From: Basidioascus undulatus
Lineage: Eukaryota
DNA length: 34,369 bases
Direction: 5' to 3'
Assembly (NCBI GenBank): GCA_000826855.1
Contig: JTLS01000077.1
Span: 1-34,369, forward strand
Each line of letters starts with the position of its first letter. Position 1 is the stretch's first letter. Shown piece after piece: positions 1-9,298 of this stretch. The notes beneath the pieces are model-generated. The model made no database searches. It saw nothing but the letters and a program-made list of their open reading frames with translations, and had not been told where the DNA came from. Made by a program: the position numbers and the translations under genes.

Positions 1-38
1 GGGAGGGGGCCGGCTGCGCCGGGCGTAGGGGTGGACAT
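1..38 (-). CDS. 5' end of an unidentified gene running off the window (MSTPTPGAAGPL...)
   Basis: ATG at 38 on the minus strand, 5 nt downstream of a 3' splice site (branch CACTGAC, pyrimidine tract, CCACAG ending at 44). Frame is open to the window edge. Too short to assign a product. Confidence 0.5.
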   Translation of the reverse strand, partial: MSTPTPGAAGPL

Positions 39-800
39 GCTTGCTGTGGATGGTGGTATAATGGGGTTGGGGCAAGTCAAGTCAGTGAAAGAGGTTTGAG
101 GTGATAAGTTGTCGTGTGAGCCCGGATGTAAGACGGGAGAAATGCTCCGATGTGCGGGTGCAGCGGAAGGACATTCTGTCTCCGAGACGCATAACTGGGC
201 AGGCTGGTTGGCAGCGCAGCCTGCAGCGTACTGGTCCATCGGGCTGTTATCTCGAGTCCCCTCCCACCACTCGTCGGAACGCAGGCGCATACGAGTTCAG
301 GATCGCGGAAAGCGCGGACGGACCTGGTGCTGCAGACTGCCGGTCCGTTTCACTCGCTTCACCTCCCAGCGGCGTGCGCACGGGAGAAGAACCAGGACCG
401 ATGATGGTGGCGGTGGAAGGAAGATAGAGAATGATGCTATAGCTCGGGTACGAGACGTTAAGAAGGGCCAAGGCGGTGCTGTGCTGTGAGGATAGCACCT
501 GCTCAAGCCAGCTCGGGTGTCAGCGCGTGGGAATATCGTGCGGCACTGAGAACGCCTAGCGGTGCTGCGCCGTGGCCTAAAGGGACTTACATCCGTTTCA
601 GTCTACAGCGCGGCGGTAATACAGCCTTGGCACGCGGCGAAGGAGCCCATTATTCTGTTGTGTAGCGAGCGAGGACGCGGCGGCGAGCGAGAAGGCGCAA
701 GACGGCGACGGCGCGGCGCCTGCGCTCGACTTCGGCGCTGCTCGTTGCTCCTCCGACGTCAACTCCCTCGCCCTCCTCCTCGCCCACCCACTCGCTCACC

Positions 801-1356
801 ATGTCCGCCGCGCCCTCTGCCCCTGCGATCCCCCCGCGCTCGGAGGACATTGTCGGTGAGAAGGTGCGGAACCCCTCTCGAGTCCAGGTACTCTGGTGGG
901 TGTAGGGTGATGCTGATGATGCAACGATGGATGGGACCGGAACAGACCGACCGCTGCCTCGCCAACTTCCTCGTCAAGACCGCGACCGGCTTCGGCGTCG
1001 GCGTCGTCGCCAGCGTCATCCTCTTCAAGCGTCGCGCCTGGCCCGTCCAGCTCGCGACCGGCTTCGGTGCCGGCTGGGCGTACGGCGACTGCGACCGCGT
1101 GCGTGTTCTCTCCCCCTTCCCTTCTCTTTCATTTTCCTCTTCACCTTTAAAACTCTCTGTGCTTTTCATTCACGTGCTTACTTCTCTTTCCCTGTGGGGC
1201 AATCTCATCCGACCAACAGCTCTTCAACCCTTACGCTCGTGCGTCTTCCTCCTCTCCCTTCTCTCCTTCCTCCCCCCCGCTCACCCTCCGTCCGTCCTTC
1301 CAGTGCCCGGCGTCAAGGTCCTCCCTTCCACCACTACTCGTCCTACCTCCCAATAG
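801..1356 (+). CDS. MIC10: MICOS complex subunit Mic10, 95 aa, 4 exons (801-863, 946-1098, 1220-1238, 1304-1356)
   Basis: Spliced product ...SEDIVGEKTDRCLANFLVKTATGFGVGVVASVILFKRRAWPVQLATGFGAGWAYGDCDRLFNP...: two Gly-rich TM segments around a KRR loop, the Mic10 signature. All introns are GT-AG and keep the frame. Confidence 0.93.
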
Positions 1357-1433
1357 ACGTCTCCTTTCCCCATCTCCTCCCAACGATGTAACGCAAGCCC
1401 GAATCAATCACCCTTGCCCTGGCCCTGCATGCC

Positions 1434-1893
1434 CTAGACCCGCCTCTCCTCCCACACCGGCGCGTCCCGTGAATCAAGCGACGGCCCCGCCGGGGGCAGG
1501 ACGACCGGTACGCCCAGTGCGCCCGGATCGCCCGGGCCCCGCTGCTCGGGCGGGATGAAGCGCTTGCGCTCTTCGCCGAGGACGACTGTGCGGAAGTGTG
1601 AGCGTGAGACCCGGCTGGCTTGATGCCTGGAAGAGAGAGAGGGGACGCACGTCGCTTGTAGAGGATCCCTGGAAGACGCGTCCGGCCGATTGTCAGTCAC
1701 TGTAGCAAAGCCGGAGTGGGAGGAGAGAGGCGTACAGGAAGACGCGACCAGTATCGGCGCAGAGACAATGATCACCTGTGTTCCCCCTTCCCCACACTCA
1801 GGTTCCCTCTCCCTCTCCCCTCCCTCCAGTACCTGATAACCAACGTACACGCATCCTCTGCGCATTAGGGTGCAGTTTCCGTTGCGAGCTCAT
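1434..1893 (-). CDS. Small single-transmembrane protein of unknown function, 84 aa, 4 exons (1893-1849, 1775-1736, 1668-1651, 1585-1434)
   Basis: Three canonical introns join in frame to give MSSQRKLHPNAQRMRVIIVSAPILVASSWILYKRLVLGEERKRFIPPEQ...VWEERRV*. The PI..ASSWILYKRLVLGEERK motif resembles a small conserved fungal hypothetical family (from recall, not searched). Confidence 0.82.
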
Positions 1894-1964
1894 CGTGTCG
1901 TTTAAGCCCAGCTACTTCCGAGCGTGATAGAGAAGGTGGTGGTGGTTGCCTTCCAACCCTCATC
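1894..1964. promoter_or_regulatory. Very compact bidirectional promoter/5'-UTR region (71 bp between divergent ATGs)
   Basis: Lies between the minus-strand ATG at 1893 and the plus-strand ATG at 1965. Confidence 0.65.
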
Positions 1965-2857
1965 ATGTCCTCCTCCCCCTTGTCCTCCATCCCCCCGCCC
2001 GACCCCGCGCTCCTCGCCGCCCTCAGTTCCTTCCACGCCCATCCGTTCGACACCGACCCCGTGTTCCAGGTTTATCCCGTCTCCCATCCCCATCCCCGTT
2101 TCCCCAAGCCCTGAACCGACCATGAAGGGTTGGTGTGGGGGGTATGACAGGCCGGCCTGCCCGCGATCCTCGCTCTGTCGCTTGGGCCTGATGCGGGCGC
2201 TGAGGAGAGAGAACGGAGGGTCTGGGACGCGAAGGTGTTTTATTTCGGGAAGATGTACGTCCGTGCTTCTCCTTCTTTCGCTCCCATAGTGCTGAGCGAG
2301 GAGGATCGGCCGTCTGCGCGAGCAGGAACCCCACCCTCCCGCCTATCCCGCTCGACTTCTACCTCCACTGGCGGACAACGCAACCCACCCCCGCCCCTCT
2401 CTCTTCCACCACCACCACCCTCCCCACTGTCCCTGCCCCTCCTGCCGCTGAAGGCACAGGGGCCGAAGCTGGAACCGGAGCCGGACAAGCAGCAGGAGCT
2501 GACGGGCAAGCAGGAGGGGAAGGCGACGGCCCGCCCTACCCGCCGAGCTTCGCGCAGCTCGCGGAGCTCATCGCCCAGGGAAGGACGGACGAGATTCCTG
2601 GGATACGGACGATCGAGGAGAAGGTTTCTGTGCGTCTTCTTCCTGCATATTCCCTTACCCTTCCCTTTCCCTGGCTCTCCCTCTCCTTTCCTTGAGCCTA
2701 GGAAGAGCCTTGGAAGAGAAAGCGTGGGCGTGGGGATCGGAGTGTGCGGTACTGATTCGCGGTCATGGGCGGGGATGGTGGGCAGGATGAGCAACCGAGC
2801 GAGCGGAAAGCCGCGGTGCGGCGGAAGCCGTGGGAGGTTGCGCAGGAGGAGGGGTAG
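1965..2857 (+). CDS. PEX39: PEX39-like protein (DUF5572-type N-terminus plus PEX14-like KPWE C-terminal domain), 194 aa, 4 exons (1965-2069, 2151-2254, 2326-2629, 2786-2857)
   Basis: Spliced product contains FHAHPFDTDPVFQAGLPAIL...DAKVFYFGK, YPPSFAQLAELIAQGRTDEIPGIRTIEEK and a terminal RRKPWE. These match the YJR012C/C6orf226 (PEX39) family motifs. Not present in the ORF track. Confidence 0.85.
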
Positions 2858-2957
2858 GGGGAGAGTGGGAGTGCGGGTGCGTGAGATGAGGAGGGCGGCT
2901 CTGCGGGAGGCAGGGAGAAAAGGAGGAAGCAAGGAGCAAAGGGGAGAAGGAGGGAGG

Positions 2958-2974
2958 ATTCATTCATTCATTCA
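2958..2974 (+). repeat. (ATTC)4 microsatellite
   Basis: attcattcattcattca in the 3' flank of the PEX39-like gene. Confidence 0.8.
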
Positions 2975-4006
2975 AAAGGCAAGTCAGGTCGGGGCGTGTG
3001 CAGGGCTGATTGCGAGGCGGAGGTGGGCGGACGTGCTGCGTCCTTCCGGACTTGCTGTTCTCCGTTGGACTCGATCGAGGTCGCACGGGCGTGAGGACGA
3101 GGACGAGGCCTACCTCGCTAATCCTCCCATGAGCAACGCAAAACAGGGTGATGTGCGGGACAGTCCTCGTTCTCGTTCTCGCGCCCGCACGGGCTCGCTC
3201 GAGCCCAGTGGCGATCAACATCGACGCTCCTCGCTCCTCGGGCTCTTGGGCTCTCGCAAACTTCTATGGAGAGCATGCTCACTAGCTGTGTCGACCTGCC
3301 CTGCCCGCCCGCTCGCTCACTCGCCTGGCCAAGGCTTCGACTCTCGCCTTCGACTCTCGCCTATGCTCGCTAACAGAATCTCAGGGCCAGCCTGCTCTGG
3401 TGCAGGGCAACTCTTCGTTCAGGCGTCCTTCTTCTCATATGCATGATATCGTTCCGTTCTTCACGCCTAAGCGTCTGTGATTCCCATTCAGAAGTCGCAG
3501 CCGCCAGAAAGGCAGCCAGCGAGCGATGGGAAAGGAAGCGGAGCTGGAGCGCGAGTTGCGGAGCCCAGCATCCAGCTAGGACGTATCGGGCTGCGTGGTC
3601 CTTGTTGCAATGTTGAACATGCACGGAAGGTATTGGTGCTGCGAGAGGTGTCAAAGCCGAGGGCAGTGGCAGTGGGTAAACAACCCCGTCGTCCTTCAGC
3701 GCCGAAACGGCAAGGACACTGCAAGCTTCGCTGCTTTTACCGGAAGCGGTGGAGTGAACGAGGTAAAGCTCCGATGGATTAGTACGCACTGCAGGACGGT
3801 CGCAAAGTCTTCACGCGCAGCGGCTCGCACAAGCACCTCCGAGATATGCATCCCGAAACATCCGCTGTTGGTGGCTGCATACGCCTGCCGGAACATATTA
3901 TTTTCCTCTCTGTCTTCTCCAAAACTTGCCTCACTCGTCCACACGGTGGGTTTGTTCCTCGAGCAACCCATGTTCACCTCCCATTGATCTGACGATAGGC
4001 CCAGTT

Positions 4007-4668
4007 CAACCAGGTCCTTGGACAACACAAGACGCACTACAGGAGCTTCATCCTCAGCTTGATACAGAATACGCCATCCAAGAGCGACTTAAAGATATGC
4101 AGGAGCCGGAGAATTTGCTCAGCTTCACCGTCTTCCTCAACGAGGAAGCAGTCGGCGCCCGTCTGCAAGCCGGCCTCGGTCCGCCAAACCGCCCACCGTT
4201 CGCCGACAAGGACGCTCGCGACCCAGCTGGAGGGTATGATCATGGTGCCCTCAGATCCCTCCCGTGTGTGTCGCCCAGTCCACTGCTCATACTTGGACCC
4301 TTCAGTATGACGACGATGGCCAGCATCAACCCGACCTCACGCAACACGGCCCTCTGTGCTTCACCGGCGAGCCGTCCGTTTCAGAGCGAGATCTGACTCG
4401 AGAGCTATCCTGACTCAAATTCCCACTCTCCCGCAGATGGGCCGTCATGGAAGGCTTGAAGAGGATCTCCCTTCGGTGCCCTGACAATGCTTAGATCGGC
4501 GGTCAGGGTGAGTCTTGCCGGTTGCCACTGCATCTGAGGCACCCCTCGCTGACGTGCTCCTGTCGTTCCACAGGCATGCCGAAGCTGTACACGATTACGC
4601 TCATCCCGAATATCGACGGAAAGCAGAAGTACGTCAACGAGGCGTACGAAATACGCTTGGGTCTCTAG
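4007..4668 (+). pseudogene. Possible degenerate intron-containing orphan gene
   Basis: Several plausible splice signals (CTGAC..TAG ending about 3998, GTGAGT at 4508 to CTGAC..CCACAG about 4573) flank coding-like segments (ALQELHPQLDTEYAIQERLKDMQEPENLLSFTVF; MPKLYTITLIPNIDGKQKYVNEAYEIRLGL*). I could not build a stop-free model and recognise no family. Confidence 0.25.
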
Positions 4669-6006
4669 CGCGGGTAGACTTACTCGCTTGGGCGAGGGGC
4701 ACTTCGGCGCTGATGGAAGCTGTGTGCCTTATATATTGGGTTTTTTTTTCGGTGCGGATCTAGTGAAGCCTGCTGGTACTACTGCACTTCCGTCACCTTG
4801 ACGGTCTTTTCGATACTAATACTGACAGCTTTCACCATACATTGGCGTGACCACATCATCCTTCCATGTGAAACAACTGTCCTTGATACCTTTCAGGCTG
4901 CAGCATATTCCTGCAGTCCAGATTAAGGTGCACATCGTTCTAGCCATAATTGAGCCAGTACGGGTTGTTTGTTGCGAGCCGGTCAGTGCTACAGAGGGCA
5001 TTGTTTCCAGTGGTGCGTTGAGATGATTACTGTCTCTTAGTCGCTGAAGACCTTATCAGACGCTGCAGAGTGCCTGGACCTGGCGACCTGCACTAAAGTA
5101 AACAGTGTACAACTGAGAGAGAACAGCGCGTTGGTTTGAGGCTCTGAACTGACATCCAGTTTTCGGGTTATCATAAGCGTACTTATTCAAGTCAGGCCTC
5201 TCTATACAACTTCTGGAAACTTGCAGGTCCCGGTGCGGCGGGAAGAAGGCAGATCTGACGGCAGCGAGCTCAAGGAAACTCCATCCCGATGGTCGTCCTG
5301 ATCATCCAGCCCGCAACGTCAAACGCAGACCGGGCCTGATGAAGTACATCCTCAGATCCCCCCCATAAAGTTTTACTGGTCATTACACTCCTAATCGCTT
5401 TCAGCTTGGCAGGCGGCGGTGGGTGTAAGCTGCTTTGGCACCCCCGCAAGAACACGCTCAGGCACTAGGATTCATTCTCGAATCGTCATAACATTATTTT
5501 CAATAATAAGGCATGGGTGCGCAAGGACTTCAATTCCCGTGCAGATTACGCTGTTGGTCTGATCGGGAGACGGCAATGTCAGGCGCTGCTGAGGGCAGCG
5601 AAGGCGGAGCGACCCTTCGTCGGTGTCCCAGCAGTTCTAGATGGTGCGCTCTCGTCAAGACATGCGGTGATTGCGATGGATGGATCGGCGAAAGAGGCGG
5701 AGCATGCAAACGCAGGACGACGTGGGAGCAGCTACACCGACGACCGATCTTGACGGTCATCCCGCGCAATGGAACATGACCGTCGACCCCTCGCTCGCAG
5801 CCAGACCGACGGAGCCGCATTTACGCAGACGCCGGAACGGGCACACACTAGACTGTGCACATAACGGACACGCGAGGGCGAGATTGCGTCACGAGCGTAG
5901 TTGCACAGAGGGGTAAGAAGGCGGCATGCGCATACAGGAGTAGCAGTACGAGAGAACACAACCCGGAGTGGAGAAGAGGAAACGATCGCCTGAAGGGGCG
6001 AGTCGT

Positions 6007-6565
6007 TTACTTCTCGGGGCTGGTGACAAGCGACGGAGGGTCAGGAGGTGCGGGAGGTAAGGGGATGGAGTGGGAGGGGACAGGGAAGACATACTTCTGG
6101 TTCATCTTGCGCTTGCCGTTGGGGAGAAGAGTGACGTTGACGAAGCGGCGGTTGTAGAGGATGCGCTGAGGGGGAGGGAGGAGGTCAGACATGGTTGAGA
6201 TGAGGGAATGGAAGGCAGTGGGCTCACCTTCTTCGCACGCTGGAGACGCGGAACGAAGGGGGAGAGTCAGTAAACCTCGTGAACACTCGGGCCCCTGCAC
6301 GTCCATGGACAGCGGGTGGCGGTGCGAAGACGTACGCCCTTGGGGACCTGTTGCCAGCGACGCCTGAGTCAGTGATGGTTACTCCTGCCAACACGCTGAA
6401 ATGCGGCCGCGCACCTTCTTCTTCTCCTGCTTCTCGACCCTATGGAGGAAGGGGAGTAAGCATCGCGAGGACAGGAGGGTGAAGGGAGGGAAAAGATAGG
6501 ACGTACTTGGGAGCCTGGGAGCGGACCTTACCGGCACGAGCGAGGGAACCGTGAACCTTGCCCAT
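6007..6565 (-). CDS. RPS30: 40S ribosomal protein S30 (eS30), 6 coding exons including two 12-nt microexons (6336-6347, 6228-6239)
   Basis: Spliced product [63 protein letters not shown], the canonical unfused fungal eS30. An extra 5'-UTR intron spans 6571-6781. Confidence 0.97.
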
Positions 6566-6840
6566 GGTGACTGGCGGGGAGAAGGGCGAGGACTGATGAG
6601 CACGTTGCACGGAGGTGGAAGGGGTGGTGTGGCGGGCCAGGCTTGGTCGAAGGAGGTCCCAAGTGCTCGGAAGTTGCCCGAGTCCCTCCTTCAACCCCTT
6701 GAAGCCGCCGGTTTGTCCATGAATCCCTCCTCCTACGCCTTGCTGCCGCCATTCCAACAGTCAATTGCGGAGTCAACTCACCTGTTGGTATGTGGCAACG
6801 GAGAGTGAACGAGAGCGAGACGAGCGAGCCAAGAGAGTCG

Positions 6841-6900
6841 GGACGAAAAGTGTGCCCAAGTCGGGGGGAAGCGAGCGAGTGGCGATTCGGACGAAAAGTG
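6841..6900. promoter_or_regulatory. Duplicated 12-mer GGACGAAAAGTG in the RPS30/RPL7 divergent promoter
   Basis: Exact copies at 6841-6852 and 6889-6900, each preceded by CGAGCGAG. Reads CACTTTTCGTCC on the RPS30 strand. Confidence 0.4.
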
Positions 6901-7365
6901 GATGTGCGAGGATGTGATTTTCAAAGTCCTACGGTCAGTGAGAGAACAATAAAAGCGACTATCAGCAATTCTGTACGCACACTTGGTGACGAGGAAGATC
7001 GAAGGAGGAGGGCAGGCTTGGGTGAAGATGGGCGCGCGGGCGCGCGCAGAGGAGGAGCTTACCTAACACAACAGAAAAACTTGTGGCCGAGCGTGCGCCG
7101 GTGTAAGCCTGGCTTTGGGCATCCCTCTTCCTCTTCCTCCCCAGCCGTTGGTGCAAGGTCGTTATTCTCGCCGTTGTTTTTGTCGTAAGACGTTACTGAC
7201 ATTCTGCCCACCACGCTCCCTTTCACCCCGACCGTCATCACCCCCGCCGCGCTCGCCGTCGCTCTCTGTTCCGACCCCGACCGTCTTCTCGCACTCCGAT
7301 TCGCTCGTCCGACTTCTCTATTTTTTCTCTCTTGCACTTCACCACCCACCACCCACAGATCCGCC

Positions 7366-8790
7366 ATGTCGACGACTGTCCCCTCCGCCGCCGTACGCTT
7401 TCTGCGCTCAACGCTGCAGTAGCGCGCGCACCGTCACTCACACGGGTGCTGGGCTGGGATTGGGGAATGCAGCACATCGAGGTCCCGGAGACGCTCCTCA
7501 AGAAGCGTAAGCAGGACACCAAGGCTCGGGAGGAGAAGCTTGCCAAGGCTGCTGAGGCTCGCAAGGTGCGTGCTCTCTTCTTCTCTGGTTGCGGCGGCGA
7601 CACCCGGGTCCTAGGAGCGCGAAGGGGAGCGTGGCTCTATGATGCATACGGTACAACCACTTTGACGCCTAGCTCGCTTCGGCGGGCGGTGATGGCGCTA
7701 AATCCATCTTTCGGGACTGATCCCCACGCTCTCCTTCCTCTTCGAGCTCTGGGGACCTCGATGCTGCTGCCGCTGGCTGTCGCTACTCGGTCATTGAAGC
7801 GCTGACGGGCGGGATGGACTTGTCGTTGCGGCGCACCCACAGGCCCAGAAGGCCAAGCGCAAGGTCATTTTCAAGCGCGCCGAGGCCTACGTCAAGGAGT
7901 ACCAGGCCAAGGAGCGCGAGGAGATCCGCCTCCGTCGCGTGGCCCGCGTTGCCGGTGACTACTACGTCCCCGCGCAGCCCAAGGTCTACTTCGTGATCCG
8001 TCTCCGCGGGTGCGTAGCCCTCTACCAGTTGATGTCGCAGGGGGATGGTCGAGGCTGATCTGGGGTGCGGGAAACAACAGTATCAACGAGATCGCGCCGA
8101 AGCCTCGCAAGATCCTGCAGCTCCTACGCCTGCTCCAGATCAACAACGGCGTCTTCGTCAAGGTCAACAAGGCCACCGAGCAGATGCTCCGCCTTGTCGA
8201 GCCCTACATCGCCTACGGGTGAGTCTGCGCTCTCTCCCCCCACTCCAAGCTTCCCCTTCCCTCCCTCCGCATTCCCCTGGAGGCCGAATCTGACCGCGGT
8301 TCCGTCCCTAGCGAGCCCAACCTCAAGTCGATCCGCGAGCTCGTCTACAAGCGCGGCTACGGCAAGGTCAACAAGCAGCGCATCCCGCTCACCGACAACG
8401 CGATCATCGAGCAGGCCCTCGGCAAGCACGACATCATCTCGGTCGAGGACATCATTCACGAGATCGCCACCGCCGGCCCCAACTTCCGCCAGGTCACCAA
8501 CTTCCTCTGGGTGCGTCTTGCGCTCTGGATTTCCAGTCTCGCGTGTGCGCAGGAGACGGGTGCTGATGCGGACGAGGTGCGTGAAACAGCCGTTCAAGCT
8601 GTCCAACCCCAACGGCGGCTACCGCAAGCGCAAGTTCATCCACTTCGTTGAGGGTGGTGACACCGGCAACCGGGAGACCCACATCAACGCGTGCGTCTGC
8701 GCTCCTTTCCCTCTCGGCCTCCCTCCCTTCTCCAACTAACGGATCCTCTTATCCTCCCCTTCAAACAGCCTCATCAAGGCCCAGCTCTAA
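7366..8790 (+). CDS. RPL7: 60S ribosomal protein L7 (uL30), 7 coding exons
   Basis: Spliced product [22 protein letters not shown]...[14 protein letters not shown]...[35 protein letters not shown]...[14 protein letters not shown]...[15 protein letters not shown]. Confidence 0.97.
7634..7723 (+). ncRNA. snR39B: Intronic box C/D snoRNA with a snR39B/SNORD2-type guide for LSU rRNA 2'-O-methylation (G of CCCGAAAGAUGG; yeast 25S Gm805 equivalent)
   Basis: Inside the long second coding-region intron of RPL7. C box ATGATGC 7639-7645, D' TTGA 7662-7665, C(UUCG)G hairpin 7672-7687, C' GTGATGG 7689-7695, guide CCATCTTTCGGG 7704-7715 complementary to conserved LSU CCCGAAAGAUGG, D box CTGA 7717-7720. 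A 14-bp flanking stem forms between 7621-7634 and 7724-7737. Confidence 0.9.
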
Positions 8791-9298
8791 GCGGTCCGAT
8801 CGACGGTCGTGTTCTTGTGCCCTCCCTTCGGCTAGCCTATGTGATGCGTGTTGCTGCGCTCTTGTCGTCTTTGTGGTTCGGTCGCAGGCGTGGTATGGGT
8901 ATGATGCATGTATAGCCCCTCGCATTATCTTTCTCTCACTGTCCAACCGGCTGCTACGCTGCGTCAGATTTTGAAAGGCTCAGGATGCGCATGTTCGGCG
9001 GTCATCATATGTTACCCAAGGTTAGCTCGCAAGTGCACATCACTCCCAATCGTCAATGCGGTGTTCGCAGGCCTGCACTTGCGCGTCAATCGCAGCCTCG
9101 CTTTAAGAAATGAGATGGGGTTCGCTCTGTGTTCCGCTGTTCAGAACATTTATCCTGGTAACCTGGAAAGATAGCGGCAAAAAGTACAGCCGGCGAGCTG
9201 ATTCGCCAGTCCAAGTGACGCAAAGCGTCTTCTCTTTGGACGGCGTCGGTGCCTTGTCTGCTTGCGCTCGCTGCCTTCTCTCGTCTGAGTGCCTGCCG

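Noticed and set aside
44..600. TPP riboswitch in the 5'-UTR intron
   Set aside because: The architecture is suggestive, but the aptamer core (CUGAGA plus GAUC.GG.UAAU.CCAGCG) is not visible on either strand.
3335..3362. Tandem 13-mer CTTCGACTCTCGC x2 and nearby CTCGCTC repeats as an array
   Set aside because: Only two units, no spacers; an ordinary slippage repeat.
2235..3446. 403-aa plus-strand ORF and 230-aa minus-strand ORF (2240-2932)
   Set aside because: Low-complexity off-frame and antisense shadows of the spliced PEX39-like gene in GC-rich DNA.
4780..5990. Short ORFs between the possible orphan relic and RPS30
   Set aside because: No recognisable motifs and no coherent splice model.
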